From: Chrysomallon squamiferum
Lineage: Eukaryota > Animalia > Mollusca
Reading direction: 5' to 3'
Assembly: GCA_012295275.1 (NCBI GenBank)
Contig: CM022669.1
Location: forward strand, 4,588,001-4,652,000
DNA length: 64,000 nt
Shown here: positions 42,981-55,911 of the stretch, piece after piece
Position numbering within the stretch: position 1 is the stretch's first letter
Layout: every line of letters begins with the position of its first letter
The notes under the pieces: generated by a model
What the model saw: only the letters and a program-made list of their open reading frames with translations
Databases searched by the model: none
What the model was told of the DNA's origin: nothing
Program-made: the position numbers and the translations under genes

Positions 42981-45182
42981 ATGTATATTTCTATCTGTAT
43001 GTCTGTGTCCAATGGTATGTGTGTCTGAATGTGTTTCTGCATTTGGATGCAAATATGTATATTTGTTTATACATATGGAATGATTTTAATCTAATATCAT
43101 ATTGCATCACTCATGATTAATCCACACACATATAAAGAAATAGCAAACCTGCTAATGGCCATGGAACAGGCTGTATTTTATTCCATTAGCAGAAAGTGAT
43201 ATTTTATGCGTGCCCACCCACATACACTGAAGTGTGCACCAAAAAGGCCTGGTGCTATGAACTATGATTTCATAATGTGATAATCACTACACAGATATTG
43301 TTCTTTATTTATTTCAGTATGTATACACACACACAAACATATCTATATAATATGTATATATATATATATATATATATATCTGGTCCAAGGAACACTCTCA
43401 TAGTTAATACAGTACCTGATGCTACTAAACATTGATGATCAATGGTCTATGAAGGTGAATAAGAAGATACATACTTTACGTATGATAGTGTAGGTTTCTA
43501 CTATATATGTCTGTATATGTGTCTGTCTAAATATTTCTATATGTATATATGTCTGTATAGGTATGTCAGTTTATGTGTCTGTGTAGATATATCTGTAGAT
43601 ATACACACACACATGCACACAGATATTCACACAGACATATATATATATACGTGTATATATGTGTGTGTGGGGGATATGTACATAATTATTCTTGAGGTAT
43701 ATATGTACAGCAGGTAGGTAAGAAGATATAGTCTATATGTAGGTATGTATTACATGTGTTTGTACTGTAGGTATGTATTACATGTGTTTGTAGGTATGTA
43801 CAATAGGTATACATAATAGGAATGATTATTCTGCACATAGATCATACTGAAACCAAGTATTATCACCTGCTAAATGTCAGACACACAGGGTGAGACCTGA
43901 ATGTTTAACACCTCACCAGACACACAGACAACAAAGCCATTTAAGCATCATAGATTTTCTGAGTATGTCTGTGTGTACATTTGTCTGTGTGTATGTGAGT
44001 ATGTATTGATGGATCAGTGAAAGGATAGAGGGATAAACAGATGAATGCATAGATGGATGAACAGATAGATGGAAGGTTGGATGGATCAATATATGACAGT
44101 ATGGACATAGAGATAGATAAATAGTTGAATAAATGGGTGGACAGATATATGGATATACGGGTATATGGATATATGTTTCTAGATCAAAGCAATCAAATCT
44201 TCTTGGTTGTGAGACAGCTACAGACTAGGCTGTATGTAAAGATTTAAATTACAGAATTCTTGCAATATCGTCTCACAGTTTGATGTGAAAAGTAATCCTG
44301 AGACTGTCACAGAAAACAAATTATTCTCAACAGCAAAAAGAAACTGGAACATGGACTCGGAAAAAATCAATGACCTCTAAAAAGTGTCCCCAATGTCACA
44401 CATCTGTGATTTTGTTATTCCCATTAATATCAAGGAGAAGAAAAAAAAAAAAAAAAAAAAAAATAGGTGAGACATTTTTATTATTATTACTGGTGAATTT
44501 TGTCAAATAAAAATATAAAAGAAAAACATAAACGTAACCATAGCTTTACTGAAATGCCACATCTGTGACAGAGAGGTGTGTGTTAGTTTTTGTTGTGAAT
44601 AAATGGAGCATGAACAATATACACCAGTGGTGGTAGCACACTCACCTAGAAAGATGCTGGTCAACATGAAGTTATCTCCCAATCCAGATGGGGCTCCCAC
44701 CATTTGTATACTGCAGAATGTTTTGATTAATTTGTTCTGCCAGTTTCTTTAAATTATTATCTGTTTTTTGTTTTTTATTCTTTTATTATATGCTGTTATA
44801 TTTGTTCAGTCCAGTTTGAATTTTTTTTTGAATTTTTTTTTTTAATCTGTTTATTTATAAATAAATATAAACATTATTTTTTATTTTTTATTTTTTTTTT
44901 TTTTGCAAACATACTTTGGATGGTGCATTTCAAGAACCAAAATGTAGGAAAGCATAATTACTTGATTTAGTCTAGAGGTTATTTCTACTGCTACCCCATT
45001 ACATTATTTCCCATTCCAACTACTACTATTGCCTGTTCTGTTGTCACTCTGAGAAATTCTCCTTTTTCCATCAGTAAAAAACTCAAGTTATTCATTTGTC
45101 CATACTGCTTTCAAGACGTCTACTGTCCACTTTTATTTTATTTACCATTTTGAGTATCCACTATTCTACATATTTTTATATA

Positions 45183-45222
<40 letters not shown>

Positions 45223-45754
45223 CTCATGCATTCATTTAAACATTTCTTTTTTTTCTCGTCCTTCCTTCCATTTACACACTCATCACTCATCCATGAAATA
45301 TTTTCCAAAGTAAATTGCTTTTCTGCTTTGATTTTTCAATACTTGTTTGAATGAAATCGGATTTTATTGGCAAACATCATAATCTGTTTTTCATCATGTA
45401 ATTTACTGCAACATGTGCAGCTTGGAGAGGCTGGCTGGAGAACTGGCTATGACTAATTAACAAGAAATCAGTAACCCACACCACGAATGGCATGAAAAGC
45501 CGACAATGGAAGCAGCCAATGCTGTTTCTCAAATTAAGCAATTAATGAGTTTCCCATGTTAATAGAGGTGCAGGATGAAGTGATAGGAAGATGACATTTT
45601 TTTAAAATTTATTTGTCACTGTATTTTTCATTGGTCTGAATATTCTGCGAGATTGTACCTAGTCAGATGTTGATACTGAATGTAGTAATAAAATAGTAAT
45701 AATAATAACAACAACAACAGGAGCAATGTTTACGTCTATAACAGTTGAATATAG

Positions 45755-45895
45755 GTGTGTATGTCTATATATGTGTGTATGTGTGTATATGTGTGTATAT
45801 GTGTGTGTATGTGTATGGATGTGTTCGTGTGTATGTAAGTATGTGTGTGTGTATATATATGTATGTATGTGTGATTGCATGTATGTGTCTGTATA
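45755..45895. repeat. Degenerate (TG)n/(TATG)n tract
   Basis: Visible. Confidence 0.9.
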
Positions 45896-47938
45896 CAAAC
45901 TCACACACAGACACACATATATGTATCTACGCATGCATGTATGAGTTTATGTGTGCATATCAAACATTCTCTCCAAGTACTACCCTTAGCAAGGATTATT
46001 TTAGTTAACAGAAACTTGACAATTATAATTTCTAATTCAAAAGGAACTCAAAGAGAAAAGTAATGCATCATCTGCAGACTCTTCTAATAGAAAGTTGTGG
46101 TGTTGTTTTCACATGAAAAGAACCCCTCTGTCACTCGGAATGATGGATGGATGGACGAAGGGTCAGTATGATTAGATTCAGCAAATTTGGATGACATTAT
46201 TGGGTCAATGAACCAGCCAGTTAAAATACCACATAAGAATTTTTTGGAGTTGCAAATCAAGGATTCCAATTTATTTTAAAAGTTTAAAAAAAAAATTAAA
46301 AAAGATTTATACTTATTATTCAAGTATTACAGTTAGATTTAGCTCTTCTTTTATTTTTCCTGAACATATTACTTAAACTGGTTTTGATAGATATGGGATG
46401 GAAATTATAAAATATATAAGTCAAATAATTTAATCAACTGTTAATTAAAAAAAAAAAAAAAAAAAAAAAGGACTATATTCACTTACTTACATTAATTAAA
46501 ACCATATTTGTAAGACTTGGCTCAACCGAATTAGGTGGTATCAGATTGCATAAGGTTGCCAGATTGAGGCCAGCAAGATAGATGGGATTAATCTCATTAC
46601 GAGTGTGTGTATCTAGCACAAGGGTCAGGGAACGGGTCTGACACGATTCATGCATAATTCACACAGCAGATTTTTAATCATCTTGTGTAAGTGATACTGG
46701 ACAACTCTAACAACTTGATGAGGTACTAATCAGGTAGATGTGGGGAAAATGGCATTGCATTAAAACTGGTTTAATTAATTAATGTTTTCTTAATCTATCT
46801 TTTTTTGTGATGTTGATTAATCTAGTGATACACTTATGTGTAGGTGTGTGAACGACATTTATAATATTTCAATGATGTGGGTTTTTTTTACTGTTTATGA
46901 GAAGGTGATTGTATGATACATTTCATGTAAGCATCATGTTTCCTATCTCAGTATCTGCATGGTCCTTGATCATAGACTACTTACATCATTTAAATAAAAT
47001 AGTTTTCTTTCATTTTGCACCGATAGAGAGACACACACTCATTCGGACTAGCACACTGACAAACAGTTACATGTACAGACAGACACATTCACAACACACT
47101 CACTCTAAGAAACACATACCTACATCACATACATACACATACATGTGTAAAATATTGTACATAGACCGAACACATCACTGGGTCAGATGAAAAAGATAAC
47201 AACCTTTCCTATCATTAGCAGATGATCTAATCTACATTCCTGGAGAACTGCTCAAGTGATCAAGTATAGCCTTCGGTGTCTGTAAGTGGATTGTACGATT
47301 TAGTGACAGCATCACATAAAATGTGCTATAAGTCTTCATTTAGCGTAACTTCATACTGAATCTCAACATAAACATATCCAGCAAAGAAGACAGCACAGAT
47401 GTTAATAACTAGCTAAAGTGTATTTGTGGAAGCATGAAAACAAAATTGACTATTAAAATTCTTTTACACTTTCAAGTTAACATTTTTACCATAATGATGA
47501 TGATGTATGACAATAAAATAATACTGTTACAAAATATTTAAATGCTGTCATTTCAAATACTTTACAATATAAAATACTTTACAGAAAACTGGTCCATCCT
47601 CAATGCACTGATGTCAGAAAAATGATTGCTCCCAGATGTTTTGTTATTATACTTCATTATTAAGACTGGATGGAAAAAAAAAAAATTATAATAATGACAA
47701 TAATAAATAAAATTAAATAAAATGAAATAAATAAATCACAGCTTGGAGTCATGCATAATATATTTAGATAATTTCTCTTTTGGATAGAATCCATTTATCT
47801 GACTGAGTATCCTGGGAGAATGCTACTTAAATCTGCAGATTATGACAAGCTGATCATAAAGTCAGTTATCTTTCCTAGTCATTAGTGTAAGCAGGTAGAC
47901 TGCTGCACAAAGTTCTAGAAAAAGTCCATGTAAATTCA

Positions 47939-47939
<1 letters not shown>

Positions 47940-48012
<73 letters not shown>

Positions 48013-48163
48013 ACACACACACACACACACACACAACACACACACACACACACACACAAAACACACACACATAACACACACACACAAACACAACACACAC
48101 ACACATACACACACAAACACAACACACACACACATACATACACACACAAATCACACACACACA
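47940..48163. repeat. (CA)n microsatellite
   Basis: Visible. Confidence 0.97.
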
Positions 48164-51100
48164 AATATATTTCATATAATCATTTTCATGAAATGGGTGT
48201 TTCATGTTATAATGCAATACAACAGGTTATTTCTCAACAGACACAGAAAAAAACTGGGGAAAAAATTACTTGTTTATTTCTTTCTTTGAATGGTTATTTT
48301 ACTTGGGTTTTTTTAACAATAATTTAAACCATTAAACTATAAAAGTGGGCAAGATGAAAGTAATTTTTTTTTATGTGCATGTGGGTATGTTTTTTTTCAC
48401 CAAATTTTATGTAACTGAAAATCAAAGTGCATTTAGATATAAAATTAAATTACCATTTAAATAAAAGTGTTATATAAATTCAAGTCATGTGAATTACATA
48501 GTGCATGGGACTTGCTGTACTTTGTAACTGATGAGGTGTACTGAATGTGTGATAAATAAACAAATCTTACTGTGGATTACTGTAGATATCAAGTGTTGTA
48601 TTTAGGTGTTATGTTAAGAAGTTGTCAAGGATGGTTAGTGTATAATACAATGATTGCTTTGTCTATGCTGGTTGTTTGGCATGGTCAGCATAAATCTATC
48701 TTCTGATAAGCTCATAATCTGTGAAAATGAATCTGAAAAGAGTGAAAATATCACTTTTGCAAGAAGTAGTCATGTTACTGAAATATCTATTATGATATTC
48801 TGTATTTTCATGTTATAAAATGAGTTTCAGATTTATACTTTAAAACTAGTTAATGTATTTTTGTTTTGGGGTATCATTAAACATCTATTCATCAATCCAT
48901 TTATCTTTCCATCAATCTGTATATCCATCCTTCCATCCATTCGTTTATCCATCCATCCATCCATCCATCCATCAAATCATTTACCCATCCTTTTATTTAT
49001 TTAGTTAAAAACTCACATTTATTTATTGCATTTTAATATTAATTCTGTTTGGACTTTCAAACATTGTCACCTGCCTGTTAAAGTTATCAGCTGATTTTTT
49101 TACCCATCAGAGATTCAGGGTAGATGGGTGGATGTGTGGATGTGTGGGGGAGTGGGGGAGTGGGAGAGTGTATTGCATCTAATAACAGATCAGCCACTGA
49201 TACATGAATAGTACTTGTCTATTTCCTGTAATTATGCACCTGATAGCCAGTTTTTTAATGGATTCTCTATTTAAGGAAAGGAATATCACTTTAATTTCTT
49301 TGCCAATATTCTGTAAAAAAAAGAAGAAGAAAAGACTTGCATACATCAGTGTATTTTTCTCTCTGGCTGATTCATGCTGGAAATAATCAAAGTTATCCAG
49401 AGTGCATTTCTATTACCAGTGTGACCCGTTCCTACAAAACATGCATAGAGTTTGAAAAAAAAACATATTTTCATTTTCTTTCTCTCATTTTATTTTTCTT
49501 ATTTTTTTACATCATTACTTCGATTTTTATTTTTATTTATTTTTTTACATTTGGTTATTAAGATTTTAGGAAAAATAATGCATAAAAATTCATATTTCAA
49601 TGGTGTGTAACAATGCAAGTTCGAAACTTATAAAATTAAAAATGATACAACTCTCACTGCAGTATTACTAATACAAACTGAACTTACTGGATTTTAAAAT
49701 TAACAGGTATCCAATTCAACATTTTTTTTACATTATTTTCTATTAACTGACTCATATAAAAATACACCCTCAGCTCAATTATAAGTTAGAACAAGTGTGA
49801 AATTTATTCAGAAACAGAAAATAAATTTCAAATTTCAAAATAGAAAAAGCTGGACTTTTTTTCATAAAATATGTTACCACGCCTTATAACTTTATGTACC
49901 TTATGTTGAAGCAGGTCACAGGAAACACGCCACCATTATTATTATATGAAGTTAAACGTTGTTTCTTTTTCTTCTTTTAATTATTTTATGCAAATCTATT
50001 TTCTGATAAGCTCATAATCTCTGACAAGGAATTTGAAAACTACTCTGTACACAGCATAGATAATCAAAATTTGTATTTTGTTGTCAGTGATGCAATTGTT
50101 TGCTCGATATTCAGATATTCATCGGACTTTTCTTATAATAACTAATGTGTGTTACTAATTTAAAGTTCTTTGACAAAAATAGCTTTCAATTATTTCTGCT
50201 TTACTGACAAAAAAAAATTCCTGCTCAGCAGTTCTCAGATTTCAAATCCCAGAACATTTCATGTTTTTGAATATTCCTGAAAATACCAAAGCAGGTTACA
50301 TACCATAATTACTGTTTATCAGTGTTTACAGTTTCACAAATTAAAACTCACAAATACTTCATAATGGTGTGTTCTTTCCTTAGTCTTGGGAAGGTGCATA
50401 TAAAAAGATTCCTTGCTGCTAAAAGAGTAACCCATCATGTGACAAAAGTGAGTTTTCTTTTCTTCTTATCCATTTCATTTTTAATCATATACGTTTGGTT
50501 CCATTAAAAAAGTACCGAGTCTGTTGTAAAATAAAACTTTCCTTCATGTATCTTTCTGTGTAGTGATAAATAAATTTGTGAATGTACTAATTTTCAGCTG
50601 AAATCACTTTATTTCACTTTATTTCATTTAACTTCTACTTTCCTCAGTAGGATTTTAGTCACAGTTGGCTAGAACATTGGTCATGTCATCAGTTTTGATT
50701 GGCTTTCTCGTGCAGCCGCACATAATTACATTTAACTCATGTAGTAGAATTTTTCTCTTTCATTCACTGTGCTTTTTACTGACAGTAACAGATGAGTGAT
50801 CAAACAGCAATATGTTGATGATTACACAAATCATTGTCTCGTTACGTTTTTCAAAAGTGACGGCATTACCTGTTTCATTTAAACAATACACATTAAACAC
50901 TAAACACACATGTAACCTTGTCTCTCTTCTCTGTCTGATATCACTGCTTACAGCTGTATATAAATTAGTTTTAAAAAAGCGACTACTAGATAATTCAGTA
51001 ATTAGCACTGTTGGAAAGGCAGGTATTGCATTCTGAGGGTGGGAGAAACAACAGATGTTTGAGCTGAGAAACCATCAAAGTGATTTCACCGATCTTTCTG

Positions 51101-52499
51101 ATGTTTAATATTAGGTGCAGATCATCATGGTTTGATGTTTGGAATCTGGGTGTAAAAAAAGGCTTCTGTTGATGCAACATGATATAATTTGTAAGTAGTG
51201 CTAGATAAAAAAAAAAAAAAAAAATGCTTTGCGAACAAACCAACAAAAAGACTGCCCAAGAATCCATTACGTTTTCTTTTTAAAGTTGTGATAAAAATGT
51301 TTCTGATCAAGAACCTAAAACAAATATTTTGCATAAAAAAAAAAAAAATGGCAAGTTATAAAATAATCATTTTTCAAACCAAGAACTTACACATTTGCCA
51401 ATTTAAATTACAACAAGACTTTGTTTTCACTTTAAAATCACTGAATGGTAACACTTGTTATTCCTGATAATTTCAAAGATCATAAAGTACAAGCCTGCAG
51501 TAATCTCAGAAGAAATATGTCACCCAAACACAAACAAATCTTGTTTTAAAATAACTGAAAATATTGGTTAATAAATTACAAGGATTCTTTATTAGATGTT
51601 AAAAAACATAGTTCAAGTCCAGGTAGCATTTAAAAATATGTCACAATCATGCCTTGAGTAATAATAATAATGGAGAAAAAGATGAGAGAATCTTGCTGAA
51701 GTTTGGTGTGGGTCAACATTTCAGTGTTTTCTGGCGGGGAGTATTACATCTCTTGTTTGGCTTCACACTTGCAGTGCTTGGATCATTACACTACTGCAGT
51801 TTTTACCCATAATGCCAAGCTGTTGTTACTTTGAAGTTGTGTTCAAGAGACAAGAAAAAAAAATTATAAAAATAAAAATGAACATCACTTCATTATACAA
51901 CGTTGATTCATTTTAAGTAGAATATGAATATTTATGAATATGTGAAGAAAAAAAACTGAAAAAAAAACTAAACTGTTTATGAATATTTCATAATAGTGCT
52001 GAAAGAAAAATGAACATCTTGGGGGAAAAAAAAAGGGTAAAAAATAATAAAGAATATGGGAAAAAAATAGAAAGAAAAACAGAAATAAATGAGGCTCCTT
52101 ATCGGATCATAACCTTCTTGGAATAAACTGCTTAACAACACACAAAAAATTATATTAACAGTTTTTTATTTGAAAGACACCAGTCATATTATTACATGAG
52201 AAAAGAAACCTTATTAACAAGGGCTATTTTAACTGAAGAGCAGCCTGACATCTTTTATTTCCTGTTTTACACAGAGAAATATCTATACTATATATAATCA
52301 TTTTTGGAGCAAAAGGTTAGATTGGGAATTTAAACCAATAAACGGAGTGAGAGGTTTTGATCCACTGACACTGAGAGTTCAGTGGGCCAACGTATTACCA
52401 TCAGGTTATTGCCTTCTTTCACTTCTTGTTAACTTTTTCAGCAAAGTTGAAAAAAAAAAGTATGCATAGAACCTAAAACAAATTAATTTTTAAATTAGA

Positions 52500-52880
52500 A
52501 AGGAAATTAGTCAAACACTTTTTTATAGAAAAATTAAATGAAAAGAAAAAAGCTGGGAAAAACAAAAATGAATGAAAAAGAAAGACAGATAAAATAAAGA
52601 GAGAATGAATGAAAATAAACGGGAAATGAAAGAAAAATGAAGAGGAAAAAATTATAAATAAAGAGAATTGATGGAGTGAAAAAATAATGGAAAATGAAGA
52701 GAAAAAGAAAGAAAAATTAACAGAAATAAAAGAATAAAAGAAAAATAAATTAAAAAAACGGAAAGAAAAACTGATTAAAAAACATGAAGAAGAAGAAAAA
52801 GAGGAAGAAAAAAAAGGGAAAAAAAATGTAGAAAAAATAAATAAAAAATAATTAAGAAGAGAAAAAGAAAGAAAACTGAG
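52500..52880. repeat. A/G-rich low-complexity tract
   Basis: Strongly purine-biased; gives the F/S-rich ORF on the minus strand. Confidence 0.85.
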
Positions 52881-53274
52881 AACCATATTTTACTGTAGTT
52901 ATGACAGTAATTAAAGGTTTCATCAGTTTTTGCGCTTTTGAAAGTATTTGTAATGGAATAACAAACTAAATTAATTTTGTGAAGATAAGAAGATGAGTTA
53001 TCATCATCATCATCAGCTGACAGTCATCAATACTGTGACATCAAATACATCTTGTTACCAACATCTACCTGGACATTTTAATTCTCACGGGATTTTTAAA
53101 TCTTCCTGTATCATAAATTGTGTTTTATAATTATTGCTCAGTTTGTGTAGGTGGTAACAACAGCAGTAAACATGGTTCTTGGCATGTTTCAAAAGATAAT
53201 GACGAAGTTTAATATGTTAATGTGTTTGTTGTTTCCAGTAAATGAATTAATTAATAATGTATGTTAGGGTTTAT

Positions 53275-53591
53275 GTGTATCATGTGTGTGTTTATGTGTG
53301 TGTATGTGTGTCTGTGTGTGTGTGTGTGTCTGTATGTGTGTGAATGTGTGTTGTTGTTTTTGTGGGTCTGTGTGTAGTAGTAGTAGTGTGGTTGTTGCAG
53401 ATGTTGTGGTTGTGGTCACTGCTGTAGTAGTAGTTGTAGTAGTAGCAGTGTTGATGGTGACTGTGGTAGTGGTGGTAAATAGTATTACTATTAGGATCCG
53501 CATTAGTATTAATAGTAGTAGTAGTAGGATTAGTAGAAGTAATAACTGATAATATTGGTAGTAGTGGTAGAAGTAGTACTGTTGTGAATAA

Positions 53592-53625
<34 letters not shown>
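53275..53625. repeat. (TG)n followed by (GTA/GTT)n tracts
   Basis: Visible. Confidence 0.9.
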
Positions 53626-54235
53626 TATCTCTTTAAATAAATTAGCTTTTGACACAATGAAAATAATGAGGAATATAAACACACAGATCACTTAACATAC
53701 AATTAATAAAAACCCATTTGAAAGAAAAATAAAAATAAATTAAAAATTGCTCAGTTTTCATTCAAAGATTTTTATATCAATGCCAACACATCTGATGATT
53801 TTTTCTACCACTGTGGTTCATCTCAGTACAGCAAACAAAATCAAATGATGTATTTGGTTAGATAACAGTGTTTGTCGCCCTTTTAGATTTCTTTCTCTTC
53901 CCCAAAATGTTTTTTTGGAAAACAAAATTATTTCATTTATTATTTTATTAATTTTGGCTTCTGGCACCGCAGTCAGCAAAGAAAACAAATGACAAAAGAA
54001 AATTACCATGGTTTTGTAATCTAAAATAATAATTAAAGAAAACATCAATAAATATGAAAATATGTGTTTACTTGATTTCATAGGAATTTTAAAAAAAAAT
54101 GTTTATATTTGTTTTATGTATATTTATGTATATGTGAGTTATATGTTTATTTGTATGCATGTGTATTTGATTTTTTCTGTATGAGTGTGTATGAGTATAT
54201 GAATGTGTATGTATTTATGTTTGTAATATAATCTT

Positions 54236-54297
<62 letters not shown>

Positions 54298-54684
54298 GAA
54301 CAAATCTCATTCATCAATATGAAGAAGACAAAGTCACTGACCGGACAGATATTACTGACTTCAGATAATGTCAGTCTAAGAAAAAAAATAAAAAATAAAG
54401 AGAGAGCAAGAATAACACATGCAGGTGTGGATGATAATTACAACAATGTGGAAATTATGAATCATTAATCAATATTATATCCATACAAGACTTACTTCTA
54501 TGGTTAATTACAAACATACTAGTTCAATTCACAGTCTGATGGATTAACGGTATCTTAAAGGGGCAACAGTTGATCTGAGCTGGTCTAGTTTCAGAGAAAA
54601 ATAAATTTAATATTCTGGGACCACTCAGATATCTGATAGAGATAATGACAGAGTATGGTAAAATATAATTTACTGGACTGGACC

Positions 54685-54947
54685 AAACCATCCATTCATC
54701 CATCCATCCATTCATCCATCCAGTCCTCTGTACTATGACTTCTTAGCTTGTTAGTCATCTGCCAGCCTGAGTTGTTCTATAGATTTCTTCATATCACAGA
54801 AATATTATATAACTTATGATGTGACATGTTTCTATCAAAGGTACTCAAAGTCACTGAAAACAATTTCCACCAGACTCTTTGTTGCTAAAAGTAATTTTTA
54901 CTCTGCTGTTATTCAGTTCTTGTGTCAGCATATAAAATACATGATTT
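54685..54947 (+). repeat. Copy A of a ~240-260-bp direct repeat
   Basis: Aligns along its length to 55674-55911 (e.g. gtgacatgtttctatcaaaggtactcaaagtcactgaaaac identical); has an extra ~28 nt at ~54751-54778. Confidence 0.93.
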
Positions 54948-55673
54948 TAGGATGGAACTGCAGGTTAACAAATGGAATAATTAATTTGGAACAATTGTAC
55001 TGAGACATGGAGACCTCCAGTTCACTGGTTTACAAAGTGGAATGTGTTTTGGAACATACAAACATCTTGAACAGTGGGTTACTAAGTGGAACAATTAATT
55101 TGGAACATGTAGACAGCTAACACAGTGGGTTACTGAGTGGAACAGTTATACTGGAACATGCAGAAAACTGGAACAGTAGAAAAGTAAAATAACGTAGGAT
55201 GGTGGAGCAGACAGACAAGTGGGATTTTCTGCTGCAGTGAACAGATTCTGCTTGAAATGGGTTAGACAGAAGATGACTGTATGAATGGATTGCAAAGCAT
55301 GAGAGTCGTTGAACAAGATAGAAACACAGGTTACCAACACAAACATCACAGATAAAGCTGGAACATAAAAACAAAACAAAGTCAAAAAAAAAAAACAAAA
55401 ACTACACAAGCAGGATAATCATTTAAGTGAGAAGATGATGTCTGACAGATGTCTGAAATGGTGAGAGACACACTCAGTACACACAACTCTGCTGATTAGC
55501 AGATCTGCCATGTTGTATCTGTCTGCCTGTCTCTGTAACAATGTAAAATAAATTAGTGTATTTAAACAACCACCCACGCGCAAGCTTGTATACTGTGTTA
55601 ATAAATTTCAGTAACTATAAATTTATCCATCCTTTTATGAACTGATACATCTATCCACTGCAAATCTAACCAT

Positions 55674-55911
55674 AAACCTCCATTCATCCATTCATTCATC
55701 CATCCATCCATCCATTCCTCTGTACGATGACCTCTTAGCTTGAAAGATTTCTTCATATTACAGAAATACTATATAACATATTATGTGACATGTTTCTATC
55801 AAAGGTACTCAAAGTCACTGAAAACCATTACCATCAGACTCTTTGTTGCTGAAAGTAATTTTTCCTCTACTGTTATTCAGTTCTTGGGTCAGCATATAAA
55901 ATACTTGATTT
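55674..55911 (+). repeat. Copy B of the direct repeat
   Basis: See copy A. Confidence 0.93.

Noticed and set aside
44646-44710. Minus-strand exon candidate (IQMVGAPSGLGDNFMLTSIFL) with TAG|GTGAGT donor
   Set aside because: Weak acceptor, no partner exons, no recognisable homology.
51739-51750. Partial matches to remembered miRNAs (gagtattacatc ~ miR-12; tgtcaggtaaa at ~28448 ~ miR-8; ccactgatgt at 56571 ~ miR-1992)
   Set aside because: Only 10-12 nt match and no precursor hairpin with a full mature sequence.
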